Source of the DNA: an uncultured Chloroflexia bacterium
Lineage (GTDB): Bacteria; Chloroflexota; Chloroflexia; Chloroflexales; Herpetosiphonaceae
Direction: 5' to 3'
Length of the DNA: 64,000 nt
NCBI GenBank assembly: GCA_963767035.1
Contig: CAVYBW010000001.1
Span: 2,310,547 to 2,374,546, forward strand
Positions within the stretch are counted from its first letter, which is position 1. Each line of letters starts with the position of its first letter. Shown here piece by piece: positions 20,094 to 30,086 of the stretch. The position numbers were made by a program, and so were the translations under genes. The notes below the pieces were generated by a model that worked only from the letters and a program-made list of their open reading frames with translations, was not told where the DNA came from and searched no databases.

Positions 20094-21011
20094 ATGCTTG
20101 AGCGTTATCGTGGCTGTTTGTTGGGGTTGGCTGTTGGCGATGCAGTTGGAACGACAGTGGAATTTAGCCCACCAGGTTCATTTAAACCACTGACCGATAT
20201 GGTTGGTGGTGGGCCATTTAATTTACCGCTAGGCGCGTGGACAGACGATACCTCGATGGCGTTATGCTTGGCAGCAAGTCTGATCGAGCGTCAAGGCTTC
20301 GATGCAGTTGATCAGATGCAGCGCTATTGTCGTTGGCGTGATTACGGTTATATGAGCAGCACTGGCTCGTGTTTTGATTGTGGCATTACGGTTGGCAAAG
20401 CACTAAGCACATTTCAAAGCACTGGCGATCCTTATAGTGGCTCGACCGATCCATCAACTGCGGGCAATGGCTCGTTGATGCGCTTGGCGCCGGTAGTTTT
20501 GGCCTATGCCAGCCAACCAGAGCAGGCCATGCAGCTGGCGGTTGATAGCTCGCGCACCACTCATGGCGCACTTGCGGCACTTGATGCCTGTCGTTATTTC
20601 GCTGGTTTGTTAATTGGCGCATTGAATGGAGTGGATAAGGCTGAATTGCTGGCTCCGCACTATAGCCCCATTGCTAATTATTGGCAGCAACAACCATTGC
20701 ACGCTGATATTGCTGAGATTGCCGCTGGCTCGTTTTGGCAGCGCCAACCGCCCGAAATTCAAGGTACTGGCTATGTGGTGCGCTCGCTTGAAGCGGCGTT
20801 ATGGGCTTTTGCTCATAGCGATTCATTCCGCGAAGGTTGTTTGCTAGCGGCGAATCTTGGCCACGATGCTGATACCACTGCGGCAATTTATGGCCAAATT
20901 GCCGGAGCCTACTACAGCGAGGCTGGAATTCCCGAAGCATGGCGCAACCCGATTGTTAGCCACGATCTGATTGTTGAATTTGCCGAACGGCTTTATCGCT
21001 TCAGCCATTAA
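20094..21011 (+). CDS. ADP-ribosylglycohydrolase family protein (DraG-like)
   Basis: N-terminal GxLLGxAVGDAxG and WTDDTSMALC motifs; C-terminal GHDADTTAAIYGQIAGAYY. Confidence 0.8.
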   Translation: MLERYRGCLLGLAVGDAVGTTVEFSPPGSFKPLTDMVGGGPFNLPLGAWTDDTSMALCLAASLIERQGFDAVDQMQRYCRWRDYGYMSSTGSCFDCGITVGKALSTFQSTGDPYSGSTDPSTAGNGSLMRLAPVVLAYASQPEQAMQLAVDSSRTTHGALAALDACRYFAGLLIGALNGVDKAELLAPHYSPIANYWQQQPLHADIAEIAAGSFWQRQPPEIQGTGYVVRSLEAALWAFAHSDSFREGCLLAANLGHDADTTAAIYGQIAGAYYSEAGIPEAWRNPIVSHDLIVEFAERLYRFSH

Positions 21012-21034
21012 ATCTGGGAGTAGGATAGTACACC

Positions 21035-21172
21035 GTTCCCTCACCCCAACCCCGCTCTCGTGGCGCGGGCGAGGGGCTTAATCTTGTGGTTGTTCGTTGA
21101 TGCATGGGCACTCAACGGATGCTCCTCCTCGCCCGCGTGCAGTGGGCGAGGAGGTCAGGGGGTGAGGAAATC
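21035..21172. repeat. Two GC-rich hairpin repeat units (same family)
   Basis: GCTCCTCCTCGCCCGCGTGCAGTGGGCGAGGAGGTCAGGGGGTGAGG. Confidence 0.65.
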
Positions 21173-23142
21173 TTAGGGCAGCAAGCGTAGGCGTTGAATT
21201 GTGACAGGCTGTTGCTCAGCGCCCGCCACGACCGGATCAAGCCGCAGCATGCCAATTGGGCCTTGCCAAGTTGGAATTTGGCTCAGATCAAGCGTATAGG
21301 TATGCAGCTTGCCATCGCCAATTACATCCCAAATAACCGAACGATCTTCGGTTGCGCCTTGACCTGGTGCCATCCAATAGAGTTGGCCGTGTTGGTTGGG
21401 CAAGCTTGTGGCCATAGTAATTTCAAGTTTGCGCCATTGGTTGCTCTCCAGCGTGATGCGTGGGCTGAGCAAATGTGGGTCTTGCTCAGGCAGAAATTGC
21501 CAGCCATCAGCCCATGTGCTCTCAGCAATAAAATTTCCGCGCCAGCCCAAACTCCAATGCTGCCAATGCCAATCGGGCAAGCCTTGGGGAATCGGATCAA
21601 GCTTAAAGTAGTTGGCATGAGTCAGGCTGATTGGCTGGGCTTGTTGCAGAAATGGGGCAAAACAGTCAGCCACCGCTTGTTGCTCAAGCCCATAGCGTTC
21701 GAGCAAAATTGGGCTAGGCTTGACTGCCTGCTGATCGAGCCACACTGTGTAGCCAGCGCTGGTGGTATCAACAATTTTGGCGCTAATTTCCATGCAGCCA
21801 TGCTGCCAATCGCCAGGGCTGACGCTGAGTGGCAAACTATTTGGCCGTTCAAACTCATATTCGGCATATAAGGCTTGCAAGCCATTTGGCACCAGATAAA
21901 AATCATTGCTGGTGCCAGCCTGCGCCAATTCAGTTATCTGGGTACGATCTTGATCGTTGGCACGATCGCCATTACGCCTGATTTGCCAGCCATTGCTCAA
22001 AGCCATGCCCAGCAGCACCAAACTAAGGGCGGGCTGCAACCAACGCCAATCTGGCAGATTAATGCTATTCAGCGCCAAGCTAACGAGCAAGGCCCATGGC
22101 GGCAAGCAGGCGATCCAAAACTCAATATTATCTGGCTCCCACCAGCCAAAAAAAAGGCTGTAGCTTACAAGCCATGTTATGGCCAGCAACACCAACGGTC
22201 GTGATTGCTGCCAAATTCGTCGCCAGCGCCATACAATCAGGCCGAGGCTTGCCAGTAATAGCACTCCGCCCAACCAGCAATGAATCGTATGCTGCCAACC
22301 ACTGAGCAGATTGCCAATAGTCGAGGCACTTGGCGTAGCGCCCCACAAACCAGTATTGGCATATTCAAATAGCCATTGTTGAATTTGGCCCAGCTGCGAA
22401 AACCACTCAAGCCAAAGATCACAATGGCATAGCTGCCGCCAACCACTAGCAAACCAACGCTGGCATAATGCAACAATCCGCGCCAGCGTTGGCTCCATGG
22501 CGTGGCCGCCCAATCGGCGCTCAGCCACACCGCCAGTACCGGCACAAGCCACAGCACATTGGTTTGATGAAACAAAATTGCACCACTATGGGCTAAGCCA
22601 AGCCAACGCCAAGTGGCCAAACTCTGCGGCGTTTCGGCTAAGCGCATCAACAGGCCAGTGGCAATAATTAAAAACAAGCCAGCCAAGGTATAGACCTCGA
22701 CCTCAACTGCGTAATACCACCAAGCGTAAGCACCGCCCAGCAACAAACTGCCGATCGTTGCTAGCCAAGCGTGCTTGGTCAAGCGGCGAAGCAAGTTCCA
22801 CCAGATGATCACGCCGCTTGCGCCAGCCAGCACATTAAGCAATTGTAACGGCCCAAACGCCATGCCCTGATAGCCCAAAGCTTGGCTGAATCCATACACA
22901 ATCTCGCCAAGCGGCCCATACAACAAATGATGGGGGTGAAACGATTCGCGCCAAGGTTTGGCTTGCACCGCCGTCGCATACGAGTAGGCATCGAAGGTAT
23001 GAATTTGGGTCAGCGTCAGGCTATAGAGTACAACCAAGCCCAGCCACGCCAAACCAAGCTTTAAACGAAATTGTTGCTGCATTGCGGTTTCCAAAAAGCG
23101 CGCTAAAACAAAGACACAGCCTGTTGTTACAGACTGTGCCAT
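21173..23142 (-). pseudogene. GT-C-like polytopic membrane glycosyltransferase-like protein split into two overlapping frames (22237..23142 and 21173..22552); probable frameshift near 22380
   Basis: Both ORFs encode a continuous many-TM protein plus C-terminal soluble domain; the ORFs overlap by 316 nt in different frames. Confidence 0.4.
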
Positions 23143-23165
23143 AGTACCATTGAATCAGCCTAGGT

Positions 23166-25427
23166 TTATTTGGTTGTCCAAGGCAGATAAACCCGATACT
23201 CAACCGTTGGAGCCGTCACGATAACCGTACCTTGCATGCTGCCATGTAAACTACAGACATAGCTGAAACTGCCAACTTGATCGAAGCTTACCGCGTAATC
23301 TTGGTTTTGGCTAAGATTGCCTGAATCCCAAGTGAACGGGGTTTGGCTGCGAGTTGCGGTATGTGATGCACTATCGAGATTGCGCCACAATACGCTAGTA
23401 CCCAAGGTAACCGTAATTGGGCTTGGGCTGAAGCGGAAGTTTTGAATATTGATGGTTTGGGTTGTGGTGTAGGCGAAATTTTGAGTTACGGTCTGATTGA
23501 GCGCAACGGTGACCGTCGCCACTTGGGTTTCCAAAGCCATCAATTCGCTGGCGATGGTGTAGGTGCCGGGCGCTAAGGCCAAGCTGTAGACACCTTGGGC
23601 GTTGGTTTCGGTAGTAAGGTTACCTGGGTTGGCGGTGATAAGCACACCAGCACGGCCAGTGCCGTTGAGCGTTACTGTACCAGTTGCCGTCCCAGTTGGT
23701 ATTCCACCAAAGGCAAAGTTTTCAGTTGCAACTTGGCCTTTGACAATCGTTACTTGACGGGTAATTGGGGTTTGGTTTGGCACAGTTACGGTGGCAGTAT
23801 AGTTGCCTGATGGCAAGCTAGTGCTATATACGCCAGTCGTTTTGCCAAATTCAACCACGCCGACGCTATTTTCCAAGCGCACGGTTGCTGAGGTTGCGGC
23901 GGTGCCATTAACCGTGATGCTGCCTTGTAAGGTTGGGGCAATCGCGGTCAAGGCATTGACATAGCCATGGCCAAACGTGTTGTTTGGAATGCTGGTGCCA
24001 GGTACGCCACCACAGGTTTGGGTTGAAGGTGCAGCCGTAGCAGTTTCTTGCAAAATTGCCCGAGTCAGATCAATTTGACCTTGCAATTCAGGGCGAGCCG
24101 ACCATAACAAGGCCACGACGCCGACCACGTGTGGGCTAGCCATACTGGTACCGCTATAGGTGCTATCATAGCTCGTATCGCTGGTTCTGGTTGCTGAACG
24201 GACACTGACCCCTGGAGCTGAAATGTCGGGGCCAATCCGGCTAACGCTATTGTTGGTGGCTGGGCCACGGCTACTAAATGAGGCAATTGCACCCGTTGAG
24301 CTATGTGCACCAACCACAAAACTCTCTGGGTAAATTGCAACTGGTGTCGTGATCGTGGCACAACTGCCGCCATCATTACCAGCCGAAGCTACGAACATAA
24401 TCCCAGCGTTGGTCACGTTTTGAACTGAGGTCTGAATGCCATCAGATGATGTATTAGTACAACCTTCTGATGCTGGACAGCCCCACGAGTTGTTGACCAC
24501 ATGCGGTGCTTTGCTTGGATCGCCTTGAGCGCTTGTGCCAGCGGTTGGGAATGGAGCCAACATCCAGTCGATACAACGGATGTAGGTTGCAGGCGTGCCG
24601 TTGCCAGCATCCATGTTGCGGCAGGCGATCCATTTAGCACCGGGAGCAACCCCGATTTGTTCGCCAGAGCCGTTATCACCAACCACCGTACCAACGGTGT
24701 GCGTACCGTGTGAGTTATCGTCACATGGGACGTTCAGTGCCAAACCACAAGGGTTAGTGCCACCTAACGAAGTACGAATGCCGTCATACCAGTTGTAATC
24801 GTGGCTAGCAGTCGTGCCGTCCCAGCCGCGATACTTGCTTTTCAAGGCGGTGTGCGTCCAGCGAACGCCAGTATCTTCGCCAGCAATCACAATGCCTTGG
24901 CCAGTAAAGCCTTTGGCCCACACTTCAGGTGCTTTGACATAGTTAACGCCCCAAGTTGTGGTGTTGACTGCTTGTGGCCCAGGCGTGGTTTCGACAACTG
25001 GTTTTTCGACCTTGACCACAATCGTATCTTCGATCAATTGCTTGACGCTAGCTTGTTCGGCCAACCATTGAGCGCTGGCTAAATCAAGCGTGGCATACAA
25101 GGCATTGACTGAGAGAAAGCCTTCGGATTGAATTCCACGATTGCTGAGTTCGGTCAAAAGCGGAGTTTGATCGCGTTGGGCTTGTTGGCGCAGAGCAGCC
25201 ACAACCGCAGCACCTTTCGCTTCTTTACTTGCCAAACGATCAGCGAAATTGGTGTCGACTTGGGCCTGCAACAAGACCAGGGTTGGTACCTGTTGGCCTG
25301 CATTCAGCTTTGCCAGTAGGTCGGAATCGGCCTTGCGAGCCAAAAGGTCGGGGGTGTTGGCGGAGGCGCTTGGCAGACAAAAGCCTGCTAACACCATCAG
25401 AAGAATGAATGGTTTGATCAGACGCAT
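23166..25427 (-). CDS. Secreted subtilisin-like (S8) serine protease with Ig-like/CarboxypepD_reg-like domains and a C-terminal cupredoxin-like domain
   Basis: Signal peptide; GGGAG RBS; Asp (DTGV), His (HGTHTVGT) and Ser (GTSMASPHV) catalytic motifs; C-terminal H...C-x2-H-x2-M pattern. Confidence 0.8.
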   Translation of the reverse strand: MRLIKPFILLMVLAGFCLPSASANTPDLLARKADSDLLAKLNAGQQVPTLVLLQAQVDTNFADRLASKEAKGAAVVAALRQQAQRDQTPLLTELSNRGIQSEGFLSVNALYATLDLASAQWLAEQASVKQLIEDTIVVKVEKPVVETTPGPQAVNTTTWGVNYVKAPEVWAKGFTGQGIVIAGEDTGVRWTHTALKSKYRGWDGTTASHDYNWYDGIRTSLGGTNPCGLALNVPCDDNSHGTHTVGTVVGDNGSGEQIGVAPGAKWIACRNMDAGNGTPATYIRCIDWMLAPFPTAGTSAQGDPSKAPHVVNNSWGCPASEGCTNTSSDGIQTSVQNVTNAGIMFVASAGNDGGSCATITTPVAIYPESFVVGAHSSTGAIASFSSRGPATNNSVSRIGPDISAPGVSVRSATRTSDTSYDSTYSGTSMASPHVVGVVALLWSARPELQGQIDLTRAILQETATAAPSTQTCGGVPGTSIPNNTFGHGYVNALTAIAPTLQGSITVNGTAATSATVRLENSVGVVEFGKTTGVYSTSLPSGNYTATVTVPNQTPITRQVTIVKGQVATENFAFGGIPTGTATGTVTLNGTGRAGVLITANPGNLTTETNAQGVYSLALAPGTYTIASELMALETQVATVTVALNQTVTQNFAYTTTQTINIQNFRFSPSPITVTLGTSVLWRNLDSASHTATRSQTPFTWDSGNLSQNQDYAVSFDQVGSFSYVCSLHGSMQGTVIVTAPTVEYRVYLPWTTK

Positions 25428-25525
25428 AGGCTCCCCACACAGGTAAAAGATATTAAGCTTAACTGCAAGTATAGCAAACTTTTGAGCATGGTAAAATAGC
25501 ATGATGCTGATAGATTGCGACATGC

Positions 25526-26527
25526 TTGAAATGGACGACCATGGAAGATTTTTTACGCCGCGCAGCGGCTGATTTACATATTGGGGTTGAACAAACTACC
25601 CCGACCACCTGGACATTGACCATCCCCGGCAGTTTGGCGCGGGTTTTTGGCAAAGAAACAGTTTTGGTAACCACCGATAAGCAGGTTGCGGCACTTGATC
25701 CTGACCTTCAATTGCTTTCGCCCAACTCATCGTTGACCTTGCGCTTAGCCGAACAATTGCGCTCACGCGGGCGGCCAACCCATCGCGCCCGCTTGGAATG
25801 GTATCCCGATCAAGCGGCGTTGCTGTCCGATGTGCAGGAAGCTCAATTAATTCAGGGGACAGCGCTGCAAATTAGCGCCTTGCAACAACACATCGTGCTG
25901 CGCATTACTTTCCGCATTCGCTTCGAGCGCGAAGTGATCGAGGAGAAAATGGTAGCCTGCTGTGTTGATTATGAAACTGGCCATGTTTGGCCAACCATCA
26001 CCGATATTACCAATTTGCGCGAACAACTCATGCCCTTGCCCTCAACTGGCCTGACCGAGGAACATGTGAATGTCTCGTTGCATCACGCTCGCCGCTGGCT
26101 CGAACGCTTACTTTACCCCCAAAAAGCGCTGCACGAGGCCCAACTTGCCCAATTGTTAGCCGTTGAAAAAGCACGGATTAATGCCTTCTACGATGCCTTA
26201 GAGGAAGATTCGGGCCTTGCCTTGGGAGCCAAAGAAGGCGAATCGAACAAACAATATGCGCTTGAAGAAGAACGCAAACGCTTGCTCGATGAACAAGAGT
26301 ATCGCTATGCCTTGTCGTTGGCCGCCGAAACCGTCAGTGTTGCGACGCTGCAAGTGCCAGTATTGCACATTGGTAGCAAACAACAACCGCAATTAATCGC
26401 CATTTCGCCATTGTTTGAGCCAATGATTCAGTTGCCACATTGCCAAACCTGTGGTCGCCAAGCAAGTTTGGTTCAACATCAAGCGCAGCTTGTCTGCAAT
26501 GTTTGCCATCAGGTGCTCGCCCAATAA
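25526..26527 (+). CDS. Hypothetical protein with a C-terminal zinc-ribbon-like CxxC...CxxC; TTG start at 25526 or ATG at 25541
   Basis: ORF divergent from the protease gene; CQTCGRQ...CNVCHQ motif. Confidence 0.5.
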   Translation: MKWTTMEDFLRRAAADLHIGVEQTTPTTWTLTIPGSLARVFGKETVLVTTDKQVAALDPDLQLLSPNSSLTLRLAEQLRSRGRPTHRARLEWYPDQAALLSDVQEAQLIQGTALQISALQQHIVLRITFRIRFEREVIEEKMVACCVDYETGHVWPTITDITNLREQLMPLPSTGLTEEHVNVSLHHARRWLERLLYPQKALHEAQLAQLLAVEKARINAFYDALEEDSGLALGAKEGESNKQYALEEERKRLLDEQEYRYALSLAAETVSVATLQVPVLHIGSKQQPQLIAISPLFEPMIQLPHCQTCGRQASLVQHQAQLVCNVCHQVLAQ

Positions 26528-26555
26528 GCTTTTTGCGAGCCAATTTTTGAGTTGA

Positions 26556-26926
26556 TCCCCTCACCCCCCAACCCCCTCTCCCACTGCACGCGGGCGAGGG
26601 GGAGCCACACAACACTACTGAGATTTCGCGGCGAGCGTTCCCTCACCCCAACCCCTTCGCGCCCTGCACGCGGGCGAGTGGGAGTCCATATCCATTGTTG
26701 CCACGCATCATGACAAACCACGCCGTTAACGCCCCTCGCCCGCCGCTGTGGGAGAGGGGTCGAGGTGAGGGTATCTTCATTACCTACTCTTGCAAGCCAG
26801 CCTCTCTGCACGCGGGCGAGGGGGAGCTATGATCCAAAAATACTGATGCTCCGTCCAATCTCGATACACCACCGTGTTAACGCCCCTCGCCCGCCACGTG
26901 GGCGAGGGGTTGGGGGTGAGGGGATC
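26556..26926. repeat. Largest cluster (five or more units) of the GC-rich hairpin repeat family; includes two copies of a roughly 55-bp composite unit
   Basis: Units at about 26556, 26636, 26729, 26800, 26880; composite unit CGTTAACGCCCCTCGCCCGCC... appears twice. Confidence 0.7.
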
Positions 26927-27127
26927 ATTCAACTCCTCAATTCATCTATTAATAAAGGTTAATAAAGGATAGTCTTAAGCAGCTTGCAAGGGCTTGTAAA
27001 CACCCCTATGATACTAACCACGCATAGATCTTTTAGCTACTGACATTCCACCCTTTCTATGCACATCGGTCTTAGCAGCCAATAGGCTTGGCCCAGCCCT
27101 GATCGTTGGAGAATTGAAAGGGGAAGT

Positions 27128-28207
27128 ATGCGTTATACCCAACCATACCTTGAATCGTTGCGCGTAGTTGGCGACCCTGCCGCAGATAACTTGATTGCGC
27201 AGTTGGCAGCCAGCGGCGAGTTAGCTCGGGTTAGCCACGTGTTGCGCCAAGTAACCAAGAACGATCAACCATTACCTACCGATTTACCTCCCGTGCTCTT
27301 TGAATGGCTTGAACAGCATTGCAACCCGAATGCTACAATTGATTGGCAACGCATCAATAATGGTGCAGCTTTTTTTGCCCGCTACGGCATGGCCATCACG
27401 GTGGTGCTCTCAACCGCAGCTTTGGTTGGCTGCTATGCGGCCCAAAAAGGGGTTAAAGTGCTAACCCAAACCCAACGCCTGCAAACCGAACCCTATCGTC
27501 GCGTCACCGAATCGGGCCATTTTGTGATGGCGGTCTTGCAGCCCCAAGCACTTCAAACTCATGGATCAGGATTGCAGGTGATTCAAAAAGTGCGCTTGAT
27601 GCACGCCGCTGTGCGCCATCAAATTGCGCAGGCAGGCCAATGGAATAGCAGCGAACTTGGCGTACCAATTTGCCAAGAAGATATGTTGGGCACGCTAATG
27701 GTATTTTCCTATGGCGTTATTTGGGGCTTGGAGCAACTTGGCTATCGCCTAGCCCAAGAGCAGGCCGAAGATTTTCTGTATACATGGGGGGTTATTGGCG
27801 AATTGATCGGCATTGAGCCAAACAGCGTGCCACGTTCACTGGCCGAAGCCGAAGACCTAGCCCATAGCATTGCCAATCGTCAGCATGGCCCTTCCGCAGA
27901 GGGCCGCGAATTGACCCAAGCCCTGCTGGCAATGCATACAGGTCTATTGCCAGGTCGTTTTTTCGATGGCATGGTTCCCGCACTAATTCACCAGCTTGCT
28001 GGCGAGCAAGTTGCAGAATGGATGGGCGTGCCGCAAACCCGTTGGAAATATGTGCTGCGCTATCTCAAAACGCTCAACCATGCCATGCGCAGCATTACCC
28101 ACCACCTACCAGGCATCGATGCCCAGTTTGATCGCTTGACGTTCTTGTTGCTCCAACGTTGGACTGGCGCGATTCATCGCGGCGAACTTAGCGAAAGCCT
28201 CAATTGA
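27128..28207 (+). CDS. Hypothetical protein, possibly DUF2236/MpaB-like oxygenase family (uncertain)
   Basis: Good RBS (GAAAGGGGAAG); a TetR regulator and its operator lie immediately downstream. Confidence 0.55.
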   Translation: MRYTQPYLESLRVVGDPAADNLIAQLAASGELARVSHVLRQVTKNDQPLPTDLPPVLFEWLEQHCNPNATIDWQRINNGAAFFARYGMAITVVLSTAALVGCYAAQKGVKVLTQTQRLQTEPYRRVTESGHFVMAVLQPQALQTHGSGLQVIQKVRLMHAAVRHQIAQAGQWNSSELGVPICQEDMLGTLMVFSYGVIWGLEQLGYRLAQEQAEDFLYTWGVIGELIGIEPNSVPRSLAEAEDLAHSIANRQHGPSAEGRELTQALLAMHTGLLPGRFFDGMVPALIHQLAGEQVAEWMGVPQTRWKYVLRYLKTLNHAMRSITHHLPGIDAQFDRLTFLLLQRWTGAIHRGELSESLN

Positions 28208-28293
28208 GCACATGGCCTGCGTTTCAACCAAGCTCCAGTCAATGCTACACTGAGACCGATCTGGCAATTGCCACGATTGGTCTTTTTTCATTC

Positions 28294-28345
28294 TTGACAC
28301 GATTCAATTTACAGTGTAAATTGATATTAGATTTACACTGTAAAT
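28294..28345 (+). promoter_or_regulatory. TetR promoter/operator: TTGACA -35 box overlapping two inverted copies of ATTTACAGTGTAAAT
   Basis: TTGACA at about 28294; palindromic 15-mers at about 28307..28321 and 28331..28345 just upstream of the tetR ATG. Confidence 0.55.
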
Positions 28346-28361
28346 CTATTGAGGTTTTGTC

Positions 28362-29059
28362 ATGGCGCGAACGCGTAATCAAACACTTAATGCAGAAACG
28401 ATCGTTCAAATTAAACAAGCCGCTCGCCAACTAATGGCGCAGCATGGTACGGCAGGCTTATCAATCCGGGGAATTGCCAAAGTGCTCTCGGTTAGCCCTC
28501 CGGCGTTGTATCACTACTTTGCCAATTTGGATGATCTGATTACGACTTTAATCGCTGATAGTTTTAATAGTTTGGCCGATACGTTGGATGCTGTTGGCTG
28601 AAAGCACGAACCAAAACCAAGGCCGGGCGCTTGTTGGCGGTGCTTGAGGCCTATCGCGAATGGGCGTTTGAACATCCCATCGACTTTCAACTGATCTATG
28701 GCAATCCGATTCCTGGCTATCACGCGCCCCGTGAAATTACCGTGCCAGCGGTGGTGCGGACTTTTGTTACGCCAGTGCGATTGGCTGATTTAGCAATCAA
28801 AGCTGGCGAATCAAGCCTCAACGAATTTGTCATGCCCGCAGCATGTGCTGAACGAATGGCCGACATGATTGTCCAAAATAACTATCCGGTGTCACTTGAG
28901 TCGATGTACCTTGTGATGACGCTTTGGACGCAGATTCATGGCCTGATTATGTTGGATTTATACGGTCATCTTAGCTCGAATGTTGGCAATGCCGAGCAGT
29001 TCTATCGCCATCGTGTGATGGAAATGCTGCATAGTTTTGGATTTCACGACTTAACTTAA
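28362..29059 (+). pseudogene. TetR-family regulator interrupted by a frameshift near 28570..28630
   Basis: HTH part 28362..28601 and TetR C-terminal domain 28631..29059 lie in different frames. Confidence 0.5.
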
Positions 29060-29138
29060 TCAATTTGGCAATTGCGCTTAAAACGGCCTTGGCACCAAGG
29101 TTGAGCTTGCTGTTGCCAAAATTAGCAAGGAATAAACG

Positions 29139-30065
29139 ATGACAAGCGAATTACACGTTATTTTTGGTACCGGCCCAATTGGCAAAGCGACCGCCCGTAG
29201 TTTGGTAAGCGCTGGCAAACAAGTCCGAATGATCAATCGCTCCGGCAAGGCCAGTCATCTACCTGAGAACGTTGAAGTCCTCGCTGGCGATATTTATGAT
29301 CAGCAGTTCGTGGCTCAGCAAGCGCAAGCCGCAACCAGCGTTTACCAATGCGCCCAACCTGCCTACTACGAATGGATCGCTAAATTTCCGGCCATGCAAG
29401 CAGCAGTGATCGCAGGCGTGGCCCAGAGCAATGCTCGCTTGGTGGTGATGGAAAATTTGTATGGCTATGGCCGGAGCAATGGCCAAGCAATGACCGAAAA
29501 TACGCCATTCGCCGCCCATACTCGTAAAGGCAAATTGCGCGCGCAGCTGAGCCAAGAACTCTTTGCCGCCGATCAAGCTGGCAAAATTCGCGCAACTAGC
29601 CTGCGCGCCTCAAATTTCTATGGCCCAGAATATCAATTAATGGGTGATCAAGTGGTTAAGCCAGCCTTACAAGGCAAAAAAGTTAATTTATTGGGCAAAG
29701 CCGATGTCATTCACAGCTTTAGTTATGTCAATGATATTGGTGTAGCCATGGCATTGCTTGGCAGTGATGATCGTGGTTTAGGCCGCCCATGGCATGCGCC
29801 CAGCCCCGCCGCGCTAACCCAACGCGAGTTTGTGGCTATTTTGGCTAAAGTCTTGGGCAAACCTGTGGGCTATCGCACCGTCAACACGGCTATGGTTTGG
29901 CTACTCGGTCGCTTTGTCAAAGAATTAGCTGAAACCGTCGAGATGATGTACGAGTGGCAAGCGCCGTTTGTGATGGATAGCAGCGCCTTTAGCAAAACCT
30001 TCGGGCTTGAAGCAACGCCGATCGAACAGGGAATCAAATCGATGGTTGATTGGTTTCGCAACTAA
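29139..30065 (+). CDS. NAD(P)-dependent epimerase/dehydratase-family (atypical SDR) protein
   Basis: N-terminal FGTGPIGKA Rossmann motif. Confidence 0.7.
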   Translation: MTSELHVIFGTGPIGKATARSLVSAGKQVRMINRSGKASHLPENVEVLAGDIYDQQFVAQQAQAATSVYQCAQPAYYEWIAKFPAMQAAVIAGVAQSNARLVVMENLYGYGRSNGQAMTENTPFAAHTRKGKLRAQLSQELFAADQAGKIRATSLRASNFYGPEYQLMGDQVVKPALQGKKVNLLGKADVIHSFSYVNDIGVAMALLGSDDRGLGRPWHAPSPAALTQREFVAILAKVLGKPVGYRTVNTAMVWLLGRFVKELAETVEMMYEWQAPFVMDSSAFSKTFGLEATPIEQGIKSMVDWFRN

Positions 30066-30086
30066 AATCGTTCGCAGCGCAGGCCA

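Noticed and set aside
22148-22156. A8 homopolymer as the frameshift site of the split membrane-protein gene
   Set aside because: It lies outside the 22237..22552 overlap where the frame change must occur.
26334-26811. ORFs of 93-100 aa inside the 26.5-26.9 kb repeat cluster (similar ones at 32668..33113 and 39645..39827)
   Set aside because: They translate the GC-rich repeats (RGGWG / PLARVQWERG peptides recur in every cluster); artefacts of repeat sequence.
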